Below the pieces are notes generated by a model that was given only the letters and a program-made list of their open reading frames with translations, was not told the DNA's origin and made no database searches. This document shows, in pieces, positions 1-15,890 of a stretch of DNA of 64,000 nucleotides; position 1 is the first letter of the stretch; each line of letters starts with the position of its first letter. Made by a program: the position numbers and the translations under genes. The stretch is from the human T2T-CHM13v2.0 reference genome, Homo sapiens, in assembly GCF_009914755.1 (NCBI RefSeq), contig NC_060931.1; one strand, written 5' to 3'.

Positions 1-2460
1 ATAAATTGCTGATTGAATTCAAAGAAGATAGATTAAAACAAGCTTGTAAATGTTGTTAAATACATGAATGCCTACTGCATTTTAATTATGGTGATTTACA
101 TGGACCTACCATGATCACGTACTTCATAAAACAAACTTTGCCTTAATAGCTGCACTTAACGATGTACTCTTTCCTTTATGAGAATTTAATTCTCTGAATA
201 TGATATGTTTTTAAAATAAGACAAACTCAAACCAGTTGCCAATAGATCCTCAGCTCCTCCTGAGGTCCTTGTTTTATGGGTCTGTTCTACTGTGTAATTG
301 TTTAGTTTAACTTGGTAAACATGTCAGTTTTCCCAGGATAATTAGGTGGATAAACAAAATGTTCAAAAAGAAATGGAGCCAATTAGACTTTTTATCAAAG
401 ACATACACACAAAAAAGGCTTTACAAATGAGTGGACTTTTCCTTAGAGGTTTGATCTTAAATTAGAGTTCCTGGAATTTACAAGGGACCAAGGAGGCAGT
501 TTTCCTAAATATAACGAAATCTTAATTATCTGGGGAGGAGAGCAAATGAAAGACACAAACTCTCACATGCTTTGAAATCATACTTGGGTGGGAAATGCAG
601 AGAGGCATGAGTTCAGTAAGAGCATAATTTTATCCCCACCTGCTCACAGCCACTTTTAAACAGGTTGGGCAACTGGAAGAGAATGCCCTGTGGCTTTGGG
701 TAATTTTCTTAGAGCTAGCTCAAAGTAGACAGGTACCCAACATATTTTTAATACTATTAAATAGGTGGCAGTACCTGTTGTGGACAGTTGTGTGTTGTAT
801 AGATGGAGACTTCAACAATTGTTTGTTCTAAAATCAACAGTCCATTAATATATTGGGTGCTCTTTCTGTAGAGCTTAACGGTGTTTTAAGAACCATATCA
901 CTTTATTCTATTTCTTATTTTTGGTCATTGAAAATAGACTCTTATTTGGAGTGTAACATATGATCTGACTTCTCTATCCAGATTTTGTCTCATGTTTTCT
1001 GCTACTTCTCTATAAAGATAGTTTGGTCCTCAGGTGTTGGTTTATGTTGCTGTGATTCAAGACTTGGTTCTATTAGTACAGAATCCAGACATACGTTTGT
1101 TTCTCTTTGAAAAATTTCATAATGTAACCCAGTGAATAAAATATTTACCAATATTTTTTCTTTATCACTTCTTACCACAATTTTTCCTAATTATTATTCT
1201 TTTTTAATTCTGGAAAGCCACTCAAATAAAATATCTTCAGAATTAACAAAATAAGTTTCTAAATTTAAGGATTCCCACAACTACCTCCTGATTATATAGT
1301 AATATTATATAGATACTGCCACTTCTTCACACTTTAAGCTTGTGTACATTCTCTAAATTTCTGTATTTTTATGAGCTTCATTTGGGGTGGTAATAAAATA
1401 TGATCCAGAAAAAAAGCCCTTTTATTCTGTAATTATAGTCTCTGTTTTTCTACATAGTTCTCTCAGGATTTCTTCACCTTGCTTCCAGGCTTGTCTGAAT
1501 TTCTAACTGCTTTTTCTATTGGTTGTCTCAAAGTCTCAGTATAGTACTAAAGTGCTTTCTATTTGTTGCTATATCCATTACCACTGACAACCTCAGAAAT
1601 CTTTGTCTCTTGGGTGCCATAGCAATAGGCTTGACACAGCTACCCAGTGTCTTGTGAGATTAATTCATCATGCATTTAGGACAGTAAACTGTTGTTTGAC
1701 ATGTAGGAATTAATAAGTGGGTAGTGTACAAAGCCTTTTGTTTTTATTTGTGGAGGGGACTTTAAAAGGGAAAAGCTAGGATCATAGTCTAGGCCATGTA
1801 TAGAAAAGATTGCTTGACAGTAGTTACGGGGTAATGCCTGAGAGTCCTCATGTTTGAGACTGGTGTGTGCTAAGTGTAATGATGTAATCTGAAGAGAGGG
1901 TGGCCGCTTCTCTCAAAATGGTTTTATGCTAGTTTTACCTTTCTAGAGACCCACATCTACACTCAATATTGCAGCCCTTGAACCAGCAATCTAGGGACAC
2001 ATTTTCTAAAGAGTCCTTAAATAGTTTGATGTCTTTACAAGGATTTTTTAAAATTTTACTTTTTTTTTTGCTTGTCTTTAAAAAATGAAACAGCTGTATT
2101 TTGAATAGAAATTTGAGAATAGCAAGGTATCAATAAATAAATAAAAATCATCCTAAATAAAAAACCAAGGAAAACCCAAAACCCTATTCAAGTTTGAAGA
2201 TGTAAAAAAAAATATATATATATATTTGGGTAGTTGGGTCGGCAGATGGGCAGAGACTTTGCTATAAAAATGTGATCATACTATAGTGCTATTTTAAAAT
2301 AATGAGTTTACATTTAATTTTACTACAATTTAACAGAAGAAAGAAATGAAAGGAACTGAAGAAAATGCTACACTTCAGATAAAAGTTTCTTTACTATAAA
2401 AGGTACTATGCTATAAAGAATCTCAGATTTTTAAAAATACATTTAAAAAACCTACCTATG

Positions 2461-2775
2461 GGCTGGGTGGCATGGCTCACACCTGTAATCCAGCACTTTG
2501 GGAGGCTGAGGCAGGTGGATCATGAGGTCAAGAGATCGAGACCAGGCTGGCCAACATGGTGAAACTCCGTCTCTACTAAAAATACAAAAATTAGCTGGGC
2601 GTGGTGGTGTGTGCCACCTGTAGTACCAGCTACTTGGGAGGCTGAGGCAGGAGAATCACTTGAACCCTGGAGGAGGAGGTTGCAGTGAGCCTAGATCACG
2701 CCACTGTACTCCAGCCTGGTAACAGTGAGACTCCGTCTCAAAAAACAAAACAAAACAAAAAACAATAAACAAAAC
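2461..2775 (+). mobile_element. Alu (AluSc-like), full length
   Basis: GGCTGGG..CACCTGTAATCC start, central A-linker, GAGGTCAAGAGATCGAGACC (Sc-type), (AAAAC)n tail; degenerate TSD AAAA(C)CTACCTRTG at 2447-2460 and 2776-2788. Confidence 0.95.
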
Positions 2776-3899
2776 AAAACTACCTGTGAAAGAAACTCAA
2801 ATCAATTGGAAATTTCTTCTAAACTCTGGGCTTGATGAATCGATCTCAACTTTTCCTTTTATCTCATGTTCTTGGAATGAATTCTTAACTAGATATGAGT
2901 TAATATGAGCCTCTCCTTTTGCAAGAAAAAGGGCTAGTTGCATCACCTAGGAAAAAGGAGACAGACCTTTCCAGCATTGTGAACAGGTACCCAGGTGTGA
3001 GTAACATTTCAGAGCCCATATCAGATAAGGGTAAACAGACTCTAATTCATTCTTCCCTCCCTGCATTGACTCTCAAAGTGGTAGACACTCAATAAGGGCT
3101 GAAATGGACTGAAGCCAGAGAGAGGTGATCTCTGGATTTTTCCTCCTATATTCCTTGTATTTGGCCTTTATCTGGCTTATGGTTGAATTCAGGAATGACA
3201 CAAGAAGTTGTGGTTTTCCCCATTGGATAATGGTCAGAGTCATCCCGGTGACTTCTCCTAAGCTAAGGATAACTATGAGTTAAAGATAACAAAGAAGAAT
3301 ATGTTTTCATCCAAAGGCTTGTTGTCATCTGTGTAAAACCTCAGTGAGGGGGGCTAAGCAATTACCAGTAGTGAGAGGGCAGGGAAGAGAAGCACCTGGC
3401 TCCAATATTACCCAGGCAGCCCCTGAAATCTTACAGCCAACCACTTCTCAAGAAGTCTCTCAAAATAGAATCTACTAACAGAGAAGTCAGAAGTTACTCT
3501 ATGGCCATAGCAACTGGGTTCAGAAATCAAAGAATAGCAGCCATGTTGCTACAGGATCTTGCACCCTTCCATGCTTGCTGGAGGTGGCAAGTGTGAACAA
3601 TTTAGCATTTTTGTCATTAGGGTTTTTCTGAGGAATATATAATTTTTTATCAGAACAGGTGGGAAATCCTAAGTGAATTCACAACTTTTTGTTTGTTTTT
3701 TGTTTTCCAAATAAGACTATGAAATCCTCCAATTAAAAAAAAATTTCTGTTCAGCAAAAGGTTTATGAGACCAACCTCAGAAACCAAGCTTCCAAATCTG
3801 ATGGCAACATTACTAAGTTTATTAAATTCATGGTTTCATTAATAGTGAATTGAGCTGTAAGCAAATGTCATGGGTGGAAAGATCAACAGCATGGTCTCT

Positions 3900-3990
3900 G
3901 TTATATTATATATATATATTATTATATATATATATAGTATATAGTATATATATATTTTATATATATATATAGTGTATATATATATATATA
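3900..3990. repeat. (TA)n-rich microsatellite
   Basis: Interrupted TA dinucleotide run. Confidence 0.95.
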
Positions 3991-4399
3991 GTGCCTTAAT
4001 TATATTATGTGGATAATTGCATAAGAACCATGTAATAATACTACTGAACAATGGGTACATTGTCCTTTCAAAATGAGGAAGTACACAGTTTACAATGTTG
4101 CCATCACAAGTTGAACTTATGGGGACATTAGGTCCTATGACTTTATCCAGAGAGTTGGATTCATCTCCTGCTAAATGGAAAAAAACTTCAAACTTTATTC
4201 CACATCTGTGCTATTCTCACCATATCCTCCTTTGCACGGGTATAACAGGAATCAGAGCTGAAATTTGGACAAAGTCAAAATCTCTATTCAATCTTTAAAT
4301 ACTTAACGAATATTGATTGAAGAACCAGATGATTCTCAAAGATAGTTCTCCCCAAGGATGAGAAATAAATGATCTCAACCTTGTAAATTTTAAGTTTTG

Positions 4400-4992
4400 T
4401 TAGGTGGGATTAGAACAGCCCTTAGCCTAGAGCTAATTTGTCTGCCTCTTGAGGTGATATCCTTCTGAATGCTCAATTTGATGTCCTGTGACTTATGAAG
4501 TTTCTCCACTTGGGCTGGTGGGAACCCAGTCTATACCTGTCCCCGTGTGATCTTCAAATATTGATCCCGGAGGGGCTTCTTTTGCTAGACTTGCATAGTT
4601 TCTCCTCAGTTGTGTGCTGATCAGAATTCAGCTGAAGGCTCAAAAGGGACCCTCTGCACACCCTTGTGTGTGGCTTTCTTTTGGGAATCTGCCTATGAAC
4701 TCTAGCTGTCTTGGCCTCCCAGCTCTGTTTCCTCAGCTCTGGGACTCTACCAGTCTCCTCCTGGGTTTCTATTCCCCGAACTGTGGCCCAGAAACTCTCT
4801 CCAGGTAGAAAGCGGGGTCAATGACAGGGACTTCACTTCTTTTTTTTTTGTTTCCTGTCTCTTGGGTCACTGTCCTATGCTGCCTGATGTCCAATGTCTG
4901 GAAATCACAGTTTCATATATTACGTCCATATTTTTAGTTGTTTCATGGGAGGGGATAAATTTAGTCCCTCTTGCTCTGTCTTGTCTGGAAAT
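4400..4992 (-). mobile_element. Old L1M (L1MC/L1ME-like) 5' region fragment
   Basis: Resembles the recalled reverse 5' end of mammalian-wide L1s (TCACTGTCCT..GCCTGATGTCCA..GTTTCATATATT); subfamily uncertain. Confidence 0.45.
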
Positions 4993-6689
4993 AACCATGT
5001 CAATTTTAAATTAGAAAACATTCTTTATTGCTGTCTCTCTTAAAAATTGCCTATGACTCCAAACAAATATTATCTTTTACACTGGTGAGTTGGTTTACCA
5101 TCTTCTGCTTTAGGGTAAGACGTTGTCAAGAGAGAGTGTCAAGTGTCAGAGAGAGTTGACAGGACTCCTTAATGGTACTACAGATGTCTCTAAAAAATTA
5201 GTTAGTTACAGGTTGATCACTATGATAAATAGCTCCAGTGTTGAGTTTCACTTCTATTTAAATAAAATAAAATTTAACTTTGAAGATTAAACTTATGGAC
5301 TTCATTTTATAAGGTCTCTTCTCTCTCTCCTCTCTTTTAGAATAGCTGCATCTCTAGAGCACATAATGATTGCATATTCTCAGAGGTTACTTTTAGGATA
5401 TGTAATCATTAGCAGATCTGTGAGTGTAAATGCAGGTCACTTTATTCTAGGCTTGTGTTTTGCCTTATCCAGTTTATTTTTATTTTTATGTTTTGCCTTA
5501 TCCAGTTTTAATAACAGGTCCTGGATCATATACTACATATTTAGAAGAAATTAGAGTAGTATCTATACAGAGAGATGATGAGACAATCAAATTGAATAGG
5601 CTTTATGCTTTCTTTAACTTTCCTTTTGATTCCATTGAAAGCTCTTTTAAGATGTGTTAAACTTAAAACTTATTTGTGGCAAGTGAATATGGTATGTGTG
5701 TCCGTGTATGTACAATGTGTTGAAAATGAAAACATGACTGGCACAGATGACATGAGTGGGAACACTGCAAATTTGGTGAAGTCCTAAGAATTTTAGAAGA
5801 AAAAGACTTCTCACAAACAAGGCATACAACTATACAAAGTAAGGATGTGTGTTAGTTTCTAGAAAAGTTATAAGAAAATGGGAGAAATGTCATATTATTG
5901 CTACATCTTTCACATAAAGAGACTTTCAATGACCTTTTTTTAAAATTGATTTTTTATTGTATAAACTTAAGGCATACAACTTTAAGCCTTTTAAGCAAAG
6001 CTTAAACACACTGTCATTTTGGGAAACAGAAAATACAAATATGAAGAAACAGTAGGTAAAAAAATACTTTGGGATGATGTTAGGAGTCAGGGGACCAGAT
6101 ACAGTGGCTCAATATCTTAAAAAGTCACTTACCTTGTGGTAATCCTGCTATAATCTCACTAGAAATTTGGCAAAGTATCTCTTCATAAGCATTTGTTTTT
6201 AATTTAATAGGTCTCCAAACTACTCAGGATAATCAGATCATATTTTGGTTAACCTCGATGTTAACCATGATAAAGCCATTTGGTGCTCATTTTTTATCTA
6301 AAAGATGGAATGATTTTTTTTGACTGCCTCTCCTCTTTACAAGTCAATACATTATTTCTTTCTTCTTACAGTTAATCTGAAATTTATTCTGTTTTATAAA
6401 CCTATGCCAAATAACCCCACTAATAGTAATGTGTTAATTTTTTTCTAATTATTACAGTATTTATAGCTAATGTTATCCAATTATATATATTGGACTGGAT
6501 ACTGCCTTGCTTATGTATGATACTTAAGTTTTGTCAAGTCATTTACAAGGTTCTTGAATACAGAGTCCCTATAGTTTTCTTCTATATATTTTTCTTCTTT
6601 CTATTAGCCCACTACTAAGTTGAGAGTAGATGCTTGATAATTTGTTGTCTTGAAATCAATTCTAAGAATTTAAAACTAGATATAAACCC

Positions 6690-6860
6690 CTTCCCCCTCC
6701 ACTATTACCAGCTTAATCCCATCAACAGTTCAGAAAAATAAGACAGGAAATAATTGCTTGTGAAGGGCCACACAAGAAGTTAGGTATAAAACTACAATTG
6801 GACCTCAGACTTTCAAACCCATAATTCTGAACTCAAAACAAAAGGCCACACAGCCTCCAT
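6690..6860 (-). mobile_element. MIR fragment
   Basis: Degenerate reverse MIR core (TAATTGCTTGTGAAGGGCCACACAAG..GACCTCAGACT). Confidence 0.45.
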
Positions 6861-8075
6861 CTATATAATTAGATTTAGAAAGCACTCAGGAAAGCAAAGC
6901 TGCTCTTGTCCTGAAGGAAAGTTTGTGACTGTGTATTCTTTGCAGAAAGTAAGGACTATGGATCTCATTAAAATGTCCCCAACCTCAGGATACTATCAGT
7001 ATAAACATTCTTGAAGGGGAACATATATTCTGGGTCTGGGAGACAAATCCCATCTGGTCTACCTTGGATGGAAGGCTCCCCTACTCTGTAGTGGTTGGTT
7101 GTTTTGTTGTGTGTGGACAGCTGAGAGTCATTTCCTCATCTTTATTCCAAACGAAGCTGGACACTCCCTTTTCATTTTTGAAAAGTAATCTGTGTGAGAA
7201 GGCAGCCAGCATGTTTACCCACTGGGCTTGGAGCCAGACTTCTTTCCCTGGTTCTTCCTCTCTCTGTTTCTCAATCTCCCCTGCTCTAAGATGGCCAGAT
7301 ATGAAAAGCTGCCAATCGGGATGCCAGAACATCAAAGAGATCGCTCATGAGAGCACACAAAGTCCCATTTGTTCAGCACTTGGACGGAGATGCCAGCAGC
7401 TTCCAGGCAGAGGGAGAATCGAAGGTTTGTCTTCACTTGACTTCTCGCTCACACCATCTGGCTGATGGAGAATCCTTTCATTTCTTCCCGTGGCTGGACC
7501 AAAGGGAGAATGACTGTGAATAGAAGTGCCTTTTCAACCTTCACTTGTATCCATTTTTAAAAGGACAAATAAGGTCATCTCTGCTTCTGAAATTAATTGT
7601 TAAGATTTCTTTAAAAAATTCTTTTTGCTATTAATAACCTTGATATATTGGATTCTAGATTTAAGGGATAAACATGGTATTGGTATCTGGTAATATGGAG
7701 TGGTCTGATTTTTATGTGTCATAAAAGTATTTTATCAGTGTCCCTCCCAACCATAAATTCTCTTTCAGGTATTTCACATGAAGCGTAGAATTCTAGTTAG
7801 AATCCTTGAGATTCTACTCTTACTGCTCCTTCTTTGGCAAAAGCTTACTTTCAGTATTGAACAGTGCTGGGAGTATAGTGTTAAGTGGTTGGCAGTTATT
7901 TTATACTGGGTGAATATGTTTTAGATTTGTTTCAAATTACAGATTTTGAGGACAGATATGGTGGGGTTGGAAAACGTAAGGATATTTGTAGGTGAGAAGG
8001 AAATCCATCTAAAGACATAAAAAGTACTGGATTGGAAGACTCCTAAGCAGGGCCAGGATTAAGTGAGGCTGTCAG

Positions 8076-8077
<2 letters not shown>

Positions 8078-8118
<41 letters not shown>
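8078..8118. repeat. (TG)n microsatellite
   Basis: About 20 perfect TG units. Confidence 0.98.
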
Positions 8119-8119
<1 letters not shown>

Positions 8120-8420
8120 TGATAGTAGTGGTAAAAGCACTTAACCTGAGATCTACCCTCTTAATTTTTAAGTGTATGATACAATATTGTTAATCATAGG
8201 CACAACGTTGGACGGCATATCTCTAGAAGTTTTCATCTTGCGTAACTGAAACTTTGTATCTGTTGAACAACAACTCTTCTTTCCCCTAATCCTCAGCCCC
8301 TGACAGCCACCATTCTACTCTCAGCCTCTATGAGTTTGGCTGTTTCAGATACCTCATATAAATGGAATCATGCAGTATTTGTCCTTCTGTGGCTGCTTTA
8401 TTTCTCCTGGCATAATGTCG
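8120..8420 (-). mobile_element. L1MB1/L1MA10-like 3' end fragment
   Basis: CACTTAACCTGAGATCTACCCTCTTAA..AAATGGAATCATGCAGTATTTGTCCTTCTGTG is typical reverse L1MA/MB 3'UTR. Confidence 0.85.
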
Positions 8421-8769
8421 TAGGGCATAGTATTTAAGGAGGCATTTGTTCTCAGCCTCATGTAAGTGCAGGCTGAGCATCTGAGTTTGAGTGCCTGGAT
8501 ACATTTTGCACCTTGAGAGACAGTTTTGCCTCATCCTAGTATCAGGACCTGCTTCTAAGACAAATAGCCACTTTCCACAACTTTCACCAAAACTATTTTC
8601 TGGTTCCACAGAAGCAACTATGGGTGGGGCAATGTATGCTGGATGAGGGTGAGAAGAAATTTCATAAGTTATGTGATTTTAGGTGACTCGGACTACTTCC
8701 CTGAGCATAATTTTCACCCTGGAAACAGAACTAATATTTATTATCTATTTTATCCAACGAGAACTGGGA

Positions 8770-11880
<3,111 letters not shown>

Positions 11881-12949
11881 ACTATACAAATATGAGGATA
11901 TTCTTAACATTGTGAGTCAGGAAATTTGTCAGAAAGAGTGGATGCATCAGTCTTTCTAACAGAAACAAAGTAAAAATTATTCATTAAAAGTCACCTTGAC
12001 AATGGGTTTAAAGAGTAGTTTTTTTCTGGTATGAATGCCTCCATAGCCTGGACCATTTCTAAGATTCTAAAATCTTAAGTCCATAAGGGCATAGTACCTT
12101 GTCATACTCACTGGGACCTATAAGATATTAATAATTGATACATCAGGGATCTTGCTGAAGGGACAGTAGTAGGCTCAATTATTTGTACCATATGACGCTA
12201 CCTATTGCAACACAACTAATTAGACCAAAGGTGGGAAACTAACCAGTGCAGTCAATGCATAGACTAACGGTTAGTGGCCTATGATTGACATGTTCCGGTA
12301 TGAAAAGAAGATCTAGGTCAATCAGCATCTCTATATCACCAGTTTGAAGTAGAACATCCAGATGGATATCAGTTAGCAGTGGAAGCTAAAGCTAAAGTCA
12401 GCAGAAATGGTCAGAGTCAGACTATGATGACCATATATAAGACAAAAGTAGAGGATGGCAGAAACCATAAATGAACAGAAGCGTAGGTGAGTAAAAGACA
12501 TAGGGTAGAAAATGAGGATGCTGCTGAAAGTAGTATGAGAAGAGAGGAGGAACACACAAAAAGTAGAGATGGAGAGGAAAACTAAGTCTTGTTATTGACA
12601 GAGATATTTGAATTTTGTTGCTGAGTTTCCTGCAGCTGTTGAGCAACCATTTTTGTTTCTATATGGCAAGGTAAGACTGAGTTATTGGGTTTTCCGCTTC
12701 CTTTATCTTTTGCGCAACTCTTCCTCCGATATATACTTATAATAACACATTACCCATTGCTGGAAACATGTTTTTCTATCACTAGCAACAAACCTACCTA
12801 ATTTTAAATTACTTGAATCCTATTTAACTTGTAAAAAGGACTGAATTGAGGCGATTTATCATATTAAACCCAGTGTCATGCAACACACTTAAAATAAGGT
12901 TAAGTGGGAGAGAAAGATAGTTATAGCAAGAAACTAAAACGAGATACAA

Positions 12950-15623
12950 TTTTTTATAATTTCAACTTTTATTTTAGATTCAAGATGTACATGTGCAGGT
13001 TTGTTACATAGGCATATTGCATGATGCTAATGTTTGGGGTGTGTTGGATCCCATCACCCAGGTAGTGAGCATAGTACCCAATAGTTTTTCAACCTATGCT
13101 CCCCTCCTGCCCTCCTCTAGTAGTTTCCAGTGTCTGTTATTGCCGTCTTTATGTCTATGGGTACCCAATGGTTGGTTCCCACTCTAAGTGAGAACATACA
13201 GTATTTGGTTTTCTGTTCCTGCATTAATTCACTTAGGATAATGGCCTCCAGCTGCATTCATGTTGCTGTGAAGGATGTGATTTTACTCTTTGTTATGGCT
13301 GCTTAGTATTCCATGGCATATATGTACCACTTTTTTTAATCCAATCCACCATCGATGGGCACCTGGATTGATTCCATATCTTTGCTATTGTGAATAGCTC
13401 TGTGATGAACATGAGTGTCTTTTTCATAGAACAACTTATTTTCTTTTGGATATTGTATGAGTCCATTCTCATGCTGCTAATAAAGACATACCCAAGACTG
13501 GGTAATTTAAAAAGGAAAGAGGTTTAATTGACTCACAGTTCAGCGTGGCTGAGGAGGCCTTAGGACACTTACAGTCATGGCAGAAAGGGAAGCAAACGCG
13601 TCCTTCTTCACATGATAGCAGGAAGGAGAAATATGAGAACCTAGCGAAGAGGGAAGCCCCATATAGAACCATCAGATTGCGTGAGAACTTACTATCTTGA
13701 GAATAGCATAGGGGAAACTGCCCCCATGATTCAGTTACCTCCCACTTGGTCCCTCCTGTGACACATGGGGATTATGGAGACTACAATTCAAGATGAGATT
13801 TGGGTGGGGACACAGCCAAACCATATCAGATATATACCCAGTAATGGGAATGCTAGGTCAATGGCAGTTCTGTTTTAATTTCTTTGAGAAATCCCAAAAC
13901 TGCCTTCCATGGTGGTTGAACTAATTTTCATTCCCACCAACAGTGTGTAAGTGTTCCCTTTTTCCCTCTGCAGCCTTGCCAGCATTTGTTATTTGTTATT
14001 TGCCAGCATTTGTTACTTGTTATTATTCTGTTATTTTCTGACTTTTTGATAATAGCCATTCTGATTGGTGTAGATGGTATCTCACTGTGGTTTTGATTTG
14101 CATTTTCCTGATAATTAGTGATGTGGAGCATTTATTCACGTGTTTGTTGGCTGCTTGTATGCCTTCTTTTGAGAAGTGTCTGTTCATGTCTTTTGCCCAC
14201 TTTTTAATAGGTTTATTTGTTTTTTGTTTGTTCAATTGTTTAAGTTCCTTATAGATTCTGGATATTAGACTTTTGTGAGAGTTTGTAAATATTTTCTCCC
14301 ATTGTGTAGGTTGTCTGTTTATTTTATTGAGTTTCTTTTGCTGCGCAGAAGCTCTTTAGTTTTTAATTAGGTCTCACTTTTCAGTTTTTGTTTTTGTTGC
14401 AATTGCTTTTGAGAACTTAGTCATAAATCCTTTCTTAAGGTCGATGTCCAGAATGGTGTTTCCTAGGTTTTCTTCTAGGATTCTTAGAGTTTGAAGTCTT
14501 ACATTTAAATCTTTAATCCATCTTGAGTAAATTTTTGTACATGGTGAAAGGCAGAGGTCCAGTTTTATTCTTCAGCATATGGCTAGCAGTCTATCCCAGC
14601 ACCATTTATGGAATAGTTCTTTCCCCATTGCTTATTTTTGTTGACTTTGTTGAATTTCAGGTGCCTGTTGGTGTGCATCCTTGTTTCTGCGTTCTTTGTT
14701 CTGTTGCTTTGGTCTATGTGTCTTGTTTTTGTACCAGTACCATGCTGTTTTGGTTACTGTGGCCTGATAGCATAGTATGAAGTTGGATAATGTGATGCCT
14801 CCAGCTTTGTTCTTTTTGCTTAGGATGGCTTAGGCTATTTGGGCTCTTTTTTGGTTCTATATGAATTTTAAAATAGTTTTTTTCTAATTCCTTGAAAAAT
14901 AATGTTGATAGTTTGATAGAGTAGCATTGAATCTGTAGATTGCTTTGGGTGGTATGGCATAGGGGAAACTGCCCCCATGATTCAATTACCTCCCACTTGG
15001 TCCCTCCTGTGACACATGGGGATTATGGCCATTTTACTGATATTGAGTCTTCCAATCCATGAGCATAGCATGTTTTTCCATTTATTTATGTCATCTGTTA
15101 TTTCTTTCAGTAGTGCTTTTGCAGTTCTCTTCGTAGAGATCTTTTACCTTCTTTGTTAGGTGTATTCCTAGGTAGTTTCATTTTTTTTGTGTGGCATTGT
15201 AAATGGGATTGCATTCTTGTTTTGGCTCTCAGCTTGAACGTTATTGGTGTGTAGAAATTCTACTGATTTTTGTACATCTTGAAATATTACTGAAGTAGTT
15301 TATCAGTTCCAGGAGCTGTTTGGGTTGATCTTTAGGGTTCTGTAGGTATAGAATAATATTACCTGTGAAGAGAGGTAGTTTGACTTCTTCTTTTCCTATG
15401 TGGATGCCTTTTATTTGTTTCTCTTGCCTGATTGCTCTGGCTAGAACTTCCAGTATTGTGTTGAATAGGAGTAGTGAGAGTGGTCATCCCTGTCTTGTCC
15501 CAGTTCTCAAGAGGAATTTTTGAAGCTTTTGTCTGTTCAGTATGATATTGGCTGTGGGTTTGTCATAGATGGGTTTTATCATTATTTGGAGGCATGTTCC
15601 TTTGATGCTTACTTTGTTGAAGG
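12950..15623 (-). mobile_element. L1PA13-16-like LINE-1, 5'-truncated (3'UTR plus 3' part of ORF2), interrupted by THE1D
   Basis: Reverse 3'UTR GATCCCATCACCCAGGTAGTGAGCATAGTACCCAATAG; ORF fragments 14023..14235 ([26 protein letters not shown]) match the ORF2 C-terminus; multiple disablements. Confidence 0.93.
13454..13828 (-). mobile_element. THE1D-like solo LTR (MaLR)
   Basis: TG..CA termini; GCTGCTAATAAAGACATACCCAAGACTGGGTAATTT..GACACAGCCAAACCATATCA; 5-bp TSD GATAT at 13449-13453 and 13829-13833. Confidence 0.95.
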
Positions 15624-15644
15624 GAGATAAAAACCTTAATCATG

Positions 15645-15890
15645 AAAATAATAGTCCTTATTGAGCAGTTTCAGGCTGGTGGTAAGCATTTTATGTGCAT
15701 TATTTAATTATTATTGTCATTATGATGATCACATTTAGAGCAGCCTTATCATGTAGCTGTCTTTCTTACCCCCACTTCACAGATAAAAACATTGAGGTTA
15801 AAAGGGTTAAGTACTTGCCGTTTCTATCAAATGGCAGATCTGGAGATTTGTGCTTGTTTGACCTTGAATCTACATTCTTAAGCACTATGT
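15645..15890 (-). mobile_element. MIR
   Basis: Reverse MIR core CCCACTTCACAGATAAAAACATTGAGGTT..GGTTAAGTACTTGCC. Confidence 0.75.

Larger units (their letters stand above)
8048..8551. mobile_element. hAT MITE (MER53-like), split by an L1 insertion
   Basis: Termini CAGGGCCAGGATTAAGTGAGGC and GCCTCATCCTAGTATCAGGACCTG are imperfect inverted repeats; 8-bp TSD CTCCTAAG (8040-8047) / CTTCTAAG (8552-8559), the length typical of hAT elements. Confidence 0.7.

Noticed and set aside
12150-12800. Possible very old LTR remnant
   Set aside because: Only vague motif resemblance; cannot assign family or boundaries
12941-15632. GAGATA(C/A)AA as TSD of the older L1PA
   Set aside because: Too short and degenerate to assert
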